Counted from the first letter of the stretch, positions 52,293 through 63,088 are shown. The stretch: 64,000 bases of DNA from an uncultured Verrucomicrobiae bacterium (GCA_963762565.1 CAVXLD010000010.1:64001-128000); one strand, 5' to 3'. The notes: generated from the letters alone by a model not told the origin. Numbers and translations: made by a program.

Positions 52293-53010
52293 CTTGGACT
52301 AAATCGAGGTTAGCGTTCTTTAAGCGAAGGGTGTTGAACATGATGAGGACGTTATTGCACGTCGACTCGAGTTCGAACTGCAACTTCTGCAGCTTGGCAT
52401 TAAAGAAGTTAAAGAAAACGAGGCAGGTAATGGCGATACCCAGACCGCACATGGTTGCGATCAGCGCTTCACCGATACCGCCGGACACCGCTGCGGGGCT
52501 AAGACCGCCTTCGTTAACGGCGTTAAAGGCGAGCATGATTCCGGTAACGGTTCCCAGCAATCCGAGCAACGGCGCCAGGGTGATCACCGAATCAAGAATC
52601 CACATAAAGCGTCCGGCTCGTTGCATTTCAACGCCAGAAGCGACTTGTAACGCTCCTTCAACCGACGAATGAACGTGGTTAATGCCGTGCCAAACGGTGC
52701 GGATTAGAGGATCGCCGGATTTACGGCCGAGATTGGCAGCCGCTGCGATGTTACCTTGTTCCATAGCGGCATACATTTTATCGAGCTTATTGGCATCTCG
52801 CCGAGCGCCAAGGACTGTCCACCAAACGGCCCGTTCGAGGATAATCGCGATCGCGACTACCAGGACGGCAACAATAGGGTACATGACGATGCCGCCCTTA
52901 AAGAAGTACTCGAGAAAAACGTTGCCTTTGGCCCAATCCGGGACGTAGTGCACTACGACACTTTGGGCTTGCGCGGCCAATAGTGGAGTTTGAGCTAGCA
53001 AACTAAACAT
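52255..53010 (-). CDS. exbB: MotA/TolQ/ExbB proton channel
   Basis: APLLGLLGTVTGI and GIGEALIAT..GL. Confidence 0.94.
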   Translation of the reverse strand: MFSLLAQTPLLAAQAQSVVVHYVPDWAKGNVFLEYFFKGGIVMYPIVAVLVVAIAIILERAVWWTVLGARRDANKLDKMYAAMEQGNIAAAANLGRKSGDPLIRTVWHGINHVHSSVEGALQVASGVEMQRAGRFMWILDSVITLAPLLGLLGTVTGIMLAFNAVNEGGLSPAAVSGGIGEALIATMCGLGIAITCLVFFNFFNAKLQKLQFELESTCNNVLIMFNTLRLKNANLDLVQDAREPQQFASTN

Positions 53011-53436
53011 AGTTTAATGGGTTAGAGTGATTTGATTGTGTTTCCTGCTCTGGGAATATGGCTGTTCGCTTACTCTCATTGGCAGGAGTCCGTATCGAGC
53101 AGGATCCTTGCCACCTGCCAGCTTGATTACCTCTAAACCAAACTGTCCTGTCCCGGGGGAGCTTCCGCATAACGCAGGCCTTGTTGAGAAAACTATAAAC
53201 CTTATCCCGAAAATGTAAGTCGTCAAAGTGACTCTTTTTTTTCAGGCTGCAAGATTTTTATTGAAGAAATATACCCACCCCTCGGGTTTGACTTTTCAAT
53301 GAATTACTCCCGCTCGCTGAATAAAAGAAAAAAGATTTGGCCTACTGCTTAAGAATTGTTCGTGGAAACTGAATGTCTAATAGATTGGACTGGTTGAGGC
53401 AGGAGCCATGCCGGACGAAGCGGCATGGCAGTTAAC

Positions 53437-53647
53437 CGTGGAGCGCTGCCTCGCTTGAGGCCGATGGTAAACAAAGAAGAATGATGAGGCACATCCTGGT
53501 TGCATTCTGCACTCTATAGTATGGGCGCGCGTTCTGAGGAGGACTTTTCTCCGCCGTCGCACGACATGGAGCGCAGGCGGACTATAAGGCGCATCTCACA
53601 TATCGCTCCGCTCGCCTTCGGCCTCGCAAGCGAGGCGCGCTCCACGG
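53437..53647. repeat. REPIN-like element family A
   Basis: ccgtggagcgctgcctcgcttg / caagcgaggcgcgctccacgg arms. Confidence 0.85.
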
Positions 53648-54988
53648 TTAACCCGCTAACCGGTTCGCGATTTGGTCGCGGAGGTAGACCTTAATGTTGT
53701 CGTCCGAAAGGCGGTCGACGACCTCGTTTAGGAAGCCGTTGACGACCAGACCTTTGGCCTTTAATTCCGGAATGCCTCGGCTCTGGAGATAAAAAAGTTC
53801 TTCCGGCTCGACTTGACCTGAGGTCGCGCCGTGCGTGCAACGAACGTCGTCGGCCAAGATCTCAAGACCCGGCATCGAATTCGCTTCGGCTTCGTCGCTG
53901 AGAAGAAGGTTTCGCACTTTCTGGTACGCGTCGGTGCGATGGGCACCGCGTTCAACTTTGATCAGGCCGGAAAAAATGGTGCGCGCGTTCGCGCTGAGCG
54001 CGTTTTTATAAAGCAGATCGCTGGTGGTATCGGGTTGCAGGTGATCCTGCAAAGTCCGTTGGTCGAATTCCTGATCCGCTCCGGCAATCGAGACCGCGAG
54101 CATGTCGCTCCGGGAACCGGCGCCAGCTAAACGACTGACACTTTCCAGGCGCGAATAACGCCCCCCAAAGTTCAACGACAGATTCACGGCGCTGGATTGT
54201 TCGTCGGCAACCGTGGAATTGACCTGCACAGAAACGAACTGCCGGCTCCAATTCTGAACATTGATATAATTCAGCTTCGAGCCTGGACGGAGAACCAAAT
54301 CATTGACTCCGCAGGCAAAACCATGTGCCTGACCATCCGTCGATATGAAATGATCCAGGAAGGTTACCTCACTCTCTTTATCGGCAATGATCAGGGTGTG
54401 TGGGAACAGGGCCAGGTTTTCGCCGGTCACAATATGAAACACCTCAAACGGAGCCTGCACACCCAAACTGGGCGGCAGGTAAAGAACGGTTCCGGCTTGA
54501 ACTGAGGCCTTGTGAAGAGCAGCAAACTTCTTTGAACCGAGGCGAGCCGGTTGAGCCATGAAATGGGCCTGCAACACATCGGGGCGAAGCTTCAGCGCCT
54601 GTTCCAGAGGAAGAAAGAGAACCCCTCTTTCACTGAGCGACTCGTCGAGTAGTTCACACGAAATGAGCTGATCATTGAGGAACACCATGCGCCCGGCTGG
54701 TTCGGGAAAAGCACGTTCCAGAGCCACCTCCAAGGCCGGCTTGGCCAGCCGAGCCGCTCCAATCTCGGACGCCGGCCGCGCAAGCGAGATTACCCCATCC
54801 AAGTTCTTAACCGAAGAAAAACGCCAAAACTCGTCTTTGCGAGTCGGAGATGGCTCATCCGCAAATTCCCGTCGCGCTTCGGTCCGAGCGTCGACAAACC
54901 ATTGAGGAAGGCCGTTCTGACCCTCGATTGTAGACGCCGATGAAAGCTCATCGAGCGTCGTTCCGCCAGATTTCTGCCCTGGTAACAT
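53648..54988 (-). CDS. sufD: Fe-S assembly protein SufD
   Basis: E.WRF, PGLEILADDVRCTHGAT, LFYLQSRGI. Confidence 0.95.
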   Translation of the reverse strand: MLPGQKSGGTTLDELSSASTIEGQNGLPQWFVDARTEARREFADEPSPTRKDEFWRFSSVKNLDGVISLARPASEIGAARLAKPALEVALERAFPEPAGRMVFLNDQLISCELLDESLSERGVLFLPLEQALKLRPDVLQAHFMAQPARLGSKKFAALHKASVQAGTVLYLPPSLGVQAPFEVFHIVTGENLALFPHTLIIADKESEVTFLDHFISTDGQAHGFACGVNDLVLRPGSKLNYINVQNWSRQFVSVQVNSTVADEQSSAVNLSLNFGGRYSRLESVSRLAGAGSRSDMLAVSIAGADQEFDQRTLQDHLQPDTTSDLLYKNALSANARTIFSGLIKVERGAHRTDAYQKVRNLLLSDEAEANSMPGLEILADDVRCTHGATSGQVEPEELFYLQSRGIPELKAKGLVVNGFLNEVVDRLSDDNIKVYLRDQIANRLAG

Positions 54989-55123
54989 TTAAGGTTCGTA
55001 ATGTGCGGCTGGTAACGCCACGGATGAAATGTGTTGAGGTGAAATGATCTCGGTTAATGCTCGCATCCTCCTTCGTCCGGCTTAGCCGGACTTCGGAGGA
55101 CAAGAGCGAGGCCGCTCCAGGCT

Positions 55124-56533
55124 TTACCCGACAGAGCCCTCCATTTGGAGGTCGATCAATCGCTTCAACTCCACGCTGTATTCCATAGGGAATTGACGAA
55201 CCAGATCATTCACGAACCCGTTGACAGCCAGACTCATTGACTGTCCTTCCGAGAGACCTCTCTGTTGCATGTAAAAGATTTGTTCGGCGCTGATCTGGCT
55301 AACCGAAGCCTCATGTTGAGTAGCGTTTCCGGTGCCGCGCACGGTGATGGCCGGGTAGGTATCGGTCCGGCTATGTGAGTTGATTAAGAGCGCATCGCAT
55401 TCCGTATTGTTTTTGCAGCCCTTCAGATGCTTCGGCACATGTACGAGACCCCGGTAAGTAGCGCGTCCTTGTCCGACACTGATGCTCTTGGAGACGATGT
55501 TGCTCGAGGTTTCATCCGCGGCATGGATCATTTTCGCTCCCGTATCCTGATGTTGACCATCCCCGGCCAGAGCGATGCTGATGACCTCTCCGCGGGCCTT
55601 TCTACCCTTTAACACCACACCCGGATACTTCATGGTCAGCCGTGAACCGATATTACAATCGATCCATTTGATCTCGGCCTCTTCCATCGCCATCCCGCGT
55701 TTGGTCACCAGGTTAAATACGTTTGGCGACCAGTTTTGCACCGTCACGTATTGAATCTTGGCGCCGGGCATCGCGACGAGCTCAACCACAGCCGAGTGAA
55801 GCGTCGCCGTAGTGAACTTGGGAGCGGTACAACCTTCCATGTACATCACTTCGGAACCTTCATCCGCGATAATCAATGTGCGTTCGAATTGACCAAAATT
55901 TTCGGCGTTAATTCGAAAATAAGCTTGTAGCGGATGCTTCACTTTTACCCCCGGAGGGACGTAGATAAAGCTGCCACCGCTAAACACGGCGCTGTTTAGA
56001 GCGCTGAATTTATTATCGCCGGTTGGGATCACTTTACCGAACCATTTCCGGAAAATCTCCGGGTGGTGCTTCAGTCCCTCCGTGCTGCCCACAAAGATCA
56101 CGCCCTGATCAGACACCGCCTTTTTGATATTGGAATAGACGGCTTCGGAATCGAATTGGGCTTCGACGCCGGCTAAGAATTTTCGTTCGCTCTCCGGGAT
56201 GCCGAGACGCTCAAAGGTTTGCTTGATCTCGTCAGGGACTTCTTCCCAACTTCGCTTGGGTGCTTCCCCGGAAGCCAAGTAATAACGAATCTTATCAAAG
56301 TCGATGGCATCCAAATCATGACTTGCCCAATGTGTCGGGAGTGGCTTGTCCTTAAAAACTTGGAACGCGTTCTTGCGAAACTCACGAATCCAATCGGGTT
56401 CCTCCTTAGCGTCAACAATGTAGTCGATCGTGCTTTCGGTTAACCCGGTTCCGGCATCTCGCGCCGATTTGATGTCAAAATAAAAATCCCCAACGCTGCG
56501 ATCGATTTCGATGGTGTTGTTCGCGCTGCTCAT
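55124..56533 (-). CDS. sufB: Fe-S assembly protein SufB
   Basis: [22 protein letters not shown] and EGSVG terminus. Confidence 0.97.
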   Translation of the reverse strand: MSSANNTIEIDRSVGDFYFDIKSARDAGTGLTESTIDYIVDAKEEPDWIREFRKNAFQVFKDKPLPTHWASHDLDAIDFDKIRYYLASGEAPKRSWEEVPDEIKQTFERLGIPESERKFLAGVEAQFDSEAVYSNIKKAVSDQGVIFVGSTEGLKHHPEIFRKWFGKVIPTGDNKFSALNSAVFSGGSFIYVPPGVKVKHPLQAYFRINAENFGQFERTLIIADEGSEVMYMEGCTAPKFTTATLHSAVVELVAMPGAKIQYVTVQNWSPNVFNLVTKRGMAMEEAEIKWIDCNIGSRLTMKYPGVVLKGRKARGEVISIALAGDGQHQDTGAKMIHAADETSSNIVSKSISVGQGRATYRGLVHVPKHLKGCKNNTECDALLINSHSRTDTYPAITVRGTGNATQHEASVSQISAEQIFYMQQRGLSEGQSMSLAVNGFVNDLVRQFPMEYSVELKRLIDLQMEGSVG

Positions 56534-56569
56534 AACAGTTTGCCTTTTGCGGTTCGCCGTCGACAGTTT

Positions 56570-57352
56570 TTATCTTGCCACGGCCGGCTCGGTGGCCGCT
56601 TCTGTTTCTCCTTCCGACTTTAGCCAATCGTAGCCTCTTGATTCGAGTTCCAAAGCGAGCTCTTTACCGCCGCTTAGGACAACCTTTCCGGCATACATCA
56701 CATGGACAAAATCCGGTACAATATAATTTAAAAGTCGCTGGTAGTGCGTGATCAACAGCACGCCGAGTTTAGGTCCACGCAGTTTATTAACTCCGTTGGC
56801 GACGACTTTGAGCGCATCGATATCCAACCCGCTGTCGGTCTCGTCCAGAACCGCAAACGCCGGTTCGAGAATAGCGAGTTGCAGGATTTCGTTCCGTTTC
56901 TTTTCGCCGCCGGAAAATCCTTCGTTAACGGATCGGGCTGTAAATTCTCGCTTCATTTCCAGCAGATCCATTTTTTCGTAAAGGCGATGATAAAAGTCGG
57001 TGGCATCCAATTCTTCACCCTCGGGCAAGCGCGACTGCAACGCCGCTCGCAAAAAGTTGGCATTACTGACCCCCGGGATTTCGACCGGATACTGAAACGC
57101 CATAAAAAGACCTCGCCGAGCCCGTTCGTCCGGCTCCAACTCCAGGATACTTTCCCCATTCAATAGGATATCGCCTTCAGTCACCTCATAATCGGGGTGC
57201 CCGGCCATCACTTTGGCCAACGTGCTTTTCCCGGATCCGTTTGGACCCATCACTGCATGCACTTCACCTTGGCGAAACTCGATGTCGAGGCCACGGATGA
57301 TTTCCTGGCCATTGATTGATGCATGCAGGTTTTGAACGGAGATCGAACTCAT
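56570..57352 (-). CDS. sufC: Fe-S assembly ATPase SufC
   Basis: [30 protein letters not shown] overlaps the upstream TGA. Confidence 0.97.
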   Translation of the reverse strand: MSSISVQNLHASINGQEIIRGLDIEFRQGEVHAVMGPNGSGKSTLAKVMAGHPDYEVTEGDILLNGESILELEPDERARRGLFMAFQYPVEIPGVSNANFLRAALQSRLPEGEELDATDFYHRLYEKMDLLEMKREFTARSVNEGFSGGEKKRNEILQLAILEPAFAVLDETDSGLDIDALKVVANGVNKLRGPKLGVLLITHYQRLLNYIVPDFVHVMYAGKVVLSGGKELALELESRGYDWLKSEGETEAATEPAVAR

Positions 57353-57780
57353 AAATTTTTCGCAGTGAGACCTTTCGACGTACAGGCGGGGCACTTACCC
57401 CGGAAAGTGACTTCAGCTTGTTTAATTAGGTACCCAGCGGGCAGATTCCAAGGCGCCTGGACCGGGATTTCAATGTCGTGCACCGCGCCGCACTCTTCAC
57501 AGAAGAAATGGCTATGATCGAGCAGGTTAGCGCAGTATCGCGTAGGGGCCCGATCGAGGTTGACTTGTTTGACGAGTCCGCTCTCGACCAGCGCTTCCAA
57601 GCAGTTGTAAACGGTGGCCAAAGAAATGGTCTCCATATGCTTTTTCGACCGCATAAACACCTCAACCGCAGTGGGATGGTCACGCTTCTGGAGAAGCACG
57701 GCGAGCACTTCCTCACGTTGCCTAGTCAACCGGATACCGCTGGCCGCTAGACGGTCTGTCACCTCGGAAGAAAGCTTCAC
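57349..57780 (-). CDS. Fur/PerR family transcriptional regulator
   Basis: [27 protein letters not shown] and CPAC; GTG at 57780 gives a typical 143 aa. Confidence 0.93.
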   Translation of the reverse strand: MKLSSEVTDRLAASGIRLTRQREEVLAVLLQKRDHPTAVEVFMRSKKHMETISLATVYNCLEALVESGLVKQVNLDRAPTRYCANLLDHSHFFCEECGAVHDIEIPVQAPWNLPAGYLIKQAEVTFRGKCPACTSKGLTAKNL

Positions 57781-57828
57781 GATTTGAGCGTCGCGTAACT
57801 GAGAACGGGATGCAAGTGAAAACGAGAT

Positions 57829-57843
57829 CAAGAATAATTCTAA
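57829..57843. promoter_or_regulatory. Putative Per/Fur-type 7-1-7 operator
   Basis: CAAGAAT-A-ATTCTAA, overlapping minus-strand TTGATC. Confidence 0.55.
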
Positions 57844-57977
57844 ATCAGGGATGGTGGGGAAGTCTGACGAGCGAGACGCGCTCGAAGTGGTCCGGATAGG
57901 ATCCGCCTTCGCAAAGCCTACGGCGCGAGCAGGCTTTATGGGACCTATAGGACTAATAGGTTTGAGCCGTGGAACTC

Positions 57978-58394
57978 TCAGTGTCCGCGGACAAATAAAG
58001 CCCAAAGCTTTGGGACGTAGAGCAGCAGGGCGACGAGGACGGAAACGATGGCGGCGATCAACACGGCGGCGGCTCCGATGTCTTTGGCTGCTTTGGCAAG
58101 CGGATGGAACCCTGGGGTTGTTGTGTCGATGGCGCGCTCGATTGCGCTATTGATGCCTTCGGCGACTAAAACCAGACCAATGGTCACGATTAAAATCGCC
58201 CACTCTAGGTGGGTGAAACCAAGGAAGGCGGCTAAGATGACGGCACACGCGGCCGCAGCGAGGTGAAGTTGGAAATGTCTTTCAGACGTGGCCAGGCGAC
58301 GGAGCCCACTGAAAGCAGCCCGGAATCCGTTGGCGCGCCGGGCGCCTTCCTTCTTGAGCAATTCTCCCCATTTGACTGCGATTTTCCTAGACAT
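57978..58394 (-). CDS. dgkA: Diacylglycerol/undecaprenol kinase (DgkA family)
   Basis: E.INSAIERAID, AKDIGAAAVL; three hydrophobic segments. Confidence 0.9.
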   Translation of the reverse strand: MSRKIAVKWGELLKKEGARRANGFRAAFSGLRRLATSERHFQLHLAAAACAVILAAFLGFTHLEWAILIVTIGLVLVAEGINSAIERAIDTTTPGFHPLAKAAKDIGAAAVLIAAIVSVLVALLLYVPKLWALFVRGH

Positions 58395-58404
58395 AATTGG
58401 CGGA

Positions 58405-58618
58405 TTGGTAGGGCGAGGCTCCGGAATAGACCACAAGCGTGTCGCGGCGCGAAATGGGACTTCGTTGGTATATGACATGCAACATCTGAAAGCTGCCGAG
58501 CCGCGGGTCGCGCAACCCATGGCTCGGCAGCTATCAGGCCGTGCTGCACATACAATGGCGAAACGTCACTTCGCCCTGCGACTGCCTTTCGCCTAGTCCG
58601 GAGCCTCGCCCTACCAAC
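58405..58618. repeat. REPIN-like element family B
   Basis: ttggtagggcgaggctccgga / tccggagcctcgccctaccaa perfect arms. Confidence 0.88.
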
Positions 58619-58708
58619 TGCAAACTGCAAACTGCCAACCGCAAACTGACAACTCGATGGTTGACTCTTAGCGCGATAACGATTAGCGACCCATGCATTC
58701 TAATCCAC

Positions 58709-58888
58709 ATGAAGAAATTCTGTCTTGTTTTGCTGGTCTCAGGTATCGGCTTGGTGGCATGCGAACGTCATCCGGCTAGCCAACTGCAAGAAGGAACCGA
58801 ACAAGGAGAAGCGAAAACGGAGGTCAGTCCGTCGACTCAACCGGCCTCTTCGGCGACACCGAAGACGTTTTTCCCTCAGAATTCTTAA
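58709..58888 (+). CDS. Small lipoprotein
   Basis: MKK, hydrophobic stretch, lipobox LVAC; 59 aa. Confidence 0.7.
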   Translation: MKKFCLVLLVSGIGLVACERHPASQLQEGTEQGEAKTEVSPSTQPASSATPKTFFPQNS

Positions 58889-58957
58889 GATTGACGTGCC
58901 AGGCACGGGCTCGATCTGAGCTTGTTTCTTCCAACTCAAACCGTTTCGATAAAAGGC

Positions 58958-59512
58958 ATGAACTGTTTTTTCAGACTCTTTACGATAGGCTTTTTCGTAG
59001 CTGGAACATCTGCTGTTTGCGACGCCGGGATGGCTCCCGGCCCCGGGCAACAGCAACCGCCGCCGTCTGTGCCTCAACTGCCGCAGTCCCAGCCATCCCC
59101 CCAGCAGAATCAACAACAGCAAAAGCAGCAGCAAAAAGGGCCGGACGCAGTGACTCCTTTTAATGAGGGAATCGCCTTTCTAAAGGTCCACAACTATGGG
59201 GCAGCGGTCCCGAAGTTCGAGGCTGCGTTAAAAGCGAATCCGAATTTACCCCAAGCGCATCTCCTGGCAGCCTTTTGCCTGAGGCAGCTCGGTCCAGCAA
59301 ACTACCCAGCCTCCTTGCAGCACTTAAATGCGGCACTGAAGCTCAATCCGAGTATGGGCGAGGCCTACGAGTCCAGAGGGGTTCTTTACGTTAAGATGGG
59401 TAAGAAGGAAGACGCCGAGAAAGATCTAGCCACATTGAAGCATCTAAATCCGAAGCTGACCCCTGGCCTTGAGGCTGCCATCAAGACCGGTAAAGACGTG
59501 GATCATTACTAA
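58958..59512 (+). CDS. Exported TPR protein with Gln/Pro-rich linker
   Basis: Signal-like N-terminus; AL..NP and AY..RG.LY TPR motifs. Confidence 0.85.
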   Translation: MNCFFRLFTIGFFVAGTSAVCDAGMAPGPGQQQPPPSVPQLPQSQPSPQQNQQQQKQQQKGPDAVTPFNEGIAFLKVHNYGAAVPKFEAALKANPNLPQAHLLAAFCLRQLGPANYPASLQHLNAALKLNPSMGEAYESRGVLYVKMGKKEDAEKDLATLKHLNPKLTPGLEAAIKTGKDVDHY

Positions 59513-59536
59513 TAGAAAACTAAAGAAAACCGACTC

Positions 59537-60088
59537 ATGAATCGTTTCTTTGCGACTATCACCTGCTGTTTTTTCGTAGCCGGAACACCGGCTGCCTTCG
59601 GGGCTGGGCCTGGCGGCGGCGGATCGCTGGTACCACCCTCAGCGCCGCCTGATTTTTCACAAATACCGACGAGCCAGACGGTTGGCTTACTGCTTCCGAA
59701 GAAGACAACGAAAGCTCCGGACGCAGCAACTCCCTATAATCAAGGGATCGCTTTGATGAAGGCTAAAAATTATTCTGCGGCGGTTCTTAAGTTCGAGATA
59801 TCACTCGATGCGAACCCGAACCAGGCCCAGGCGCACCTGCTTGCGGCGTACTGCCTGCGCCAGATGGGTTCGGAAAAATACGCTGCCTCTCTGCAGCACT
59901 TGAACGAGGCACTGAAACTCAATCCGAAATTCGGAGAGGCTTACGAGTCCAGAGGGGTCCTCTATGTTAAGATGGGCAAAAAAGAAGATGCCCAAAAAGA
60001 TCTCGCTACGGTGCAGCAGCTGAATCCGAGGCTGACACCTGGTCTGGAGACTGCGATCAAGACGGGGAAAGACGTCGATACTTACTAA
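59537..60088 (+). CDS. Exported TPR protein, tandem paralog
   Basis: C-terminal ~120 aa closely match the preceding gene. Confidence 0.87.
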   Translation: MNRFFATITCCFFVAGTPAAFGAGPGGGGSLVPPSAPPDFSQIPTSQTVGLLLPKKTTKAPDAATPYNQGIALMKAKNYSAAVLKFEISLDANPNQAQAHLLAAYCLRQMGSEKYAASLQHLNEALKLNPKFGEAYESRGVLYVKMGKKEDAQKDLATVQQLNPRLTPGLETAIKTGKDVDTY

Positions 60089-60397
60089 GAACGTGGGGAA
60101 TGCAGCGCCCATGGCCTGGAGGGGAGCCGCTTTGTAGGATGGCAATTCTATCGGATGGCAGCAGGCGACTCCCGGGAATTAACCAGCGTTAGCCATGGAA
60201 CAACGTGGCGTCACTAGAGGCTACCGATTTGGAATCAGCCGATAGAATTGCTTTGCTCCGGGAACGTTCTCGGGAGCCGCTTGCTGCCAACCGACAGAGC
60301 TGCCAAGCTAAAAAGCGGCTCCCCTCCAGGTCTTGGACATGCAACACCGCAGTGTTCATTGGAGGACGACAACGAGACGGTATCGCCTTTTGGGGGT

Positions 60398-62959
60398 TCA
60401 ACGATCCCCGGGCTGAAGATCAAACAAGGTTGGTTGGGGGCGAGCTTCCTCGGTTTTGGGTTTTCGCCGGGTCGATTTCGCTTCGGCTAAGCGTGGACGT
60501 CCCTGGGCATTCAGTTCGGCGCTTTCCAGGTTGGCGAGAATTTCTTTGGCCCGATCAATGACAGTAGCGGGCAGTCCCGCTAATCGCGCCACTTGGATAC
60601 CGTAGCTTTTGTCAGCTGCTCCCTTTTGGATCTTACGCAAGAAAATGATCCGGTCGTTCCATTCCCGAACCGCTACATTGAAGTTTTTCACACCAGAACA
60701 CACCATTTCGAGCTCCGTCATCTCGTGGTAATGAGTGGCGAAAAGAGTGCGCGCACGCACAACGTCGTGCAAATGTTCCGCCACGCTCCATGCGATAGAC
60801 AAGCCGTCAAAGGTTGAGGTTCCCCGTCCGATCTCGTCCAAAATCACAAGACTTCGGTCGGTCGCGTTGTTGACGATATTTGCGGTTTCATTCATCTCCA
60901 CCATGAAAGTTGATTGGCCTCGAGCCAGGTCATCGGAGGCGCCCACTCGGGTGAAAATGCGGTCGACGATTCCGATGGCAGCAGATTTAGCGGGAATGAA
61001 ACTCCCGATTTGAGCCATTAGCACCAAAAGCGCGACTTGCCGGATATACGTCGATTTTCCGGCCATGTTAGGCCCTGTGATCAACAGTAACCGATTGGCG
61101 TCTCCATCCAGCAGACAATCGTTAGGAACAAATTTTTCCTCGGTCAGATTCTGGTCCAGAACCGGATGACGACCTTCGGTAATGTGTAGAACGCTTTCCG
61201 CATTTACTTCCGGCCGGCAATAGCCAAAAAGCCGAGCGGTCTCGGCCAAGCTGGCGATGAAGTCCAACTGAGCGACGGCTCGAGCGGTCTCTTGCAGCGG
61301 GGCAAGATAGCCTAGCGTGGTCTCGCGTAATTTCAGGAAGAGCTGGTACTCGAGTTGTTTGGCTCGTTCATCCGCCCCTAGAACCTTGGCCTCGAACTCT
61401 TTCAACTCCGGCGTGATAAACCGTTCGCCGTTTACCGTGGTTTGCTTTCGAATATAATCGGCAGGAACTGCATTGAGATTTGCTTTGGTGATCTCGATAA
61501 AATAACCAAAAACCGAATTGTAGCGGACCTTCAAAGATTTTATTCCGGTCCGATCGATCTCTTTCTGCTGGAGCTCGGCGATCCACTCTTTGCCGCTCCC
61601 GGAATGTTGACGCAACTCATCAAGATCGGGATCGTACCCCGACCTGAAAATGCCTCCTTCCTTTACCGTAGCCGGCGGTTCATCCACGATGGCGGCGCGC
61701 AACCGTTCCAGCAGCTCCGGCAAGAGATGGATCTCGCTCAAGATTTGGCGGCAGAGGGAAAAGGAAGGTGAGAGGTGAGAAGTGAGAGGTGAGAGGTGAG
61801 AGGTGGGAGGCGCCGCGGCCGGGTCACCAGCAAACAGTGCGGTTTTTTCCAACGCGTTTAAATGTTCTACCAAAGGCGGTACTGCTTCCAACGAATGACG
61901 AATCGCTGCCAAATCGCGGGGACCACCTGTTCCTTGGCTGACTCGGCTCAAAGTGCGCTCGACATCGCGCACGCCGCGCATTGATTCTCGGCAAGCATTC
62001 AAGAGAAAAGGTTGCTCCAGAAATCGAGCAACCAAGGACTGGCGGCGTCGGATCTTCTCCAGGTTTCGCAACGGCTTAAGAATTGACTCTCGGAGCAGAC
62101 GAGCGCCCATGGGCGTGACTGTGCGATCGAGAGCTCGTAACAGGCTCGCGTCGCGCCGGTCGTCCCGTTTTCCTACGAGCTCCAGATGGTTCTGCGTGGT
62201 CGCATCTAAGGACACGAATTCATCGGCCAGATAGACTCCTAGGGAGCGGATATGCTCGGTCGATCGCCGCAGCTGATTTTTGAGGTAATGGACGATGGCT
62301 CCGGCAGCGCCAACCGCAGCCACTAGCGAGCTGCACCCGAATCCGTCTAGAGATTGCACTTGAAACTGTTCGCGCAGCAGCTCGGTCGCTTGTTCGAACT
62401 CGAAAGCGTACCCGTCATAAACCGTAGCTTCTGCGAAATCATCCATGGTGTCGGGACGAATCAATTCCGTCGGTGAAAATCGAGCCAGCTCGTCGTGCAA
62501 TGCGTTCCGGCGATCCATTTCCGCGATCCGAAATTCGCCGGTACTGATATCAATTAGAGCAAGGCCATAACGGTTTTTTACTTGATTGATCGCGGCCAAA
62601 AAGTTGTTCTGCTTCGACTCGAGAAGGTTAAGATCGCTGATTGTTCCCGGGCTGATGATCTGGGAGACTTTCCTTTCAACGATCTTACCGGGTTGCGGTT
62701 CACTAACTTGATCACAAATCGCGACTCGGAGTCCGGCTTTGATCAGCTTCCCGACATAGACCTCTGCGGCATGAAACGGGACTCCGCACATCGGCATGCC
62801 GTTACGTTTGGTCAACGCGACCCCAAGAATATCGGCGGCCAGCTTGGCATCGTCGAAAAAAAGCTCGTAGAAATCGCCCAACCGAAACAAGAGAAGCGTG
62901 CCTTTTGGGAGCGAGCGCCGGATGCTCTGATACTGCTGCATCATCGGAGTCCCTGACAT
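60398..62959 (-). CDS. mutS: DNA mismatch repair protein MutS
   Basis: TPMMQQY, GDFYELF, GPNMAGKST, DEIGRGT and SYGIQVA. Confidence 0.98.
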   Translation of the reverse strand: MSGTPMMQQYQSIRRSLPKGTLLLFRLGDFYELFFDDAKLAADILGVALTKRNGMPMCGVPFHAAEVYVGKLIKAGLRVAICDQVSEPQPGKIVERKVSQIISPGTISDLNLLESKQNNFLAAINQVKNRYGLALIDISTGEFRIAEMDRRNALHDELARFSPTELIRPDTMDDFAEATVYDGYAFEFEQATELLREQFQVQSLDGFGCSSLVAAVGAAGAIVHYLKNQLRRSTEHIRSLGVYLADEFVSLDATTQNHLELVGKRDDRRDASLLRALDRTVTPMGARLLRESILKPLRNLEKIRRRQSLVARFLEQPFLLNACRESMRGVRDVERTLSRVSQGTGGPRDLAAIRHSLEAVPPLVEHLNALEKTALFAGDPAAAPPTSHLSPLTSHLSPSFSLCRQILSEIHLLPELLERLRAAIVDEPPATVKEGGIFRSGYDPDLDELRQHSGSGKEWIAELQQKEIDRTGIKSLKVRYNSVFGYFIEITKANLNAVPADYIRKQTTVNGERFITPELKEFEAKVLGADERAKQLEYQLFLKLRETTLGYLAPLQETARAVAQLDFIASLAETARLFGYCRPEVNAESVLHITEGRHPVLDQNLTEEKFVPNDCLLDGDANRLLLITGPNMAGKSTYIRQVALLVLMAQIGSFIPAKSAAIGIVDRIFTRVGASDDLARGQSTFMVEMNETANIVNNATDRSLVILDEIGRGTSTFDGLSIAWSVAEHLHDVVRARTLFATHYHEMTELEMVCSGVKNFNVAVREWNDRIIFLRKIQKGAADKSYGIQVARLAGLPATVIDRAKEILANLESAELNAQGRPRLAEAKSTRRKPKTEEARPQPTLFDLQPGDR
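61765..61806. repeat. Heptamer array GA(G/A)GTGA x6 inside mutS
   Basis: 42 bp; encodes PTSHLSPLTSHLSP. Confidence 0.9.
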
Positions 62960-63088
62960 GGTGGCGAGCTTACGCTTGAGGAGTTCAGGAGTTCAAGGAG
63001 TTCAAGGAGTTCGAGGAGCGAATGGGCGAATGGGCGAATGGGCATGTCGGCGTATCGGCGGGGACAGCTGCCGGACGAGACGGTCGGA

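Noticed and set aside
53011..53230. Cobalamin or TPP riboswitch in the exbB or receptor leaders
   Set aside because: B12-box and TPP core sequences not recognisable by eye; an Rfam scan is needed for certainty
57781..58005. N-terminal extension of the Fur-family protein (also dgkA 58395-58520 and sufC 57353-57394)
   Set aside because: Extensions run through repeats, promoter DNA or the upstream gene; downstream starts give normal lengths
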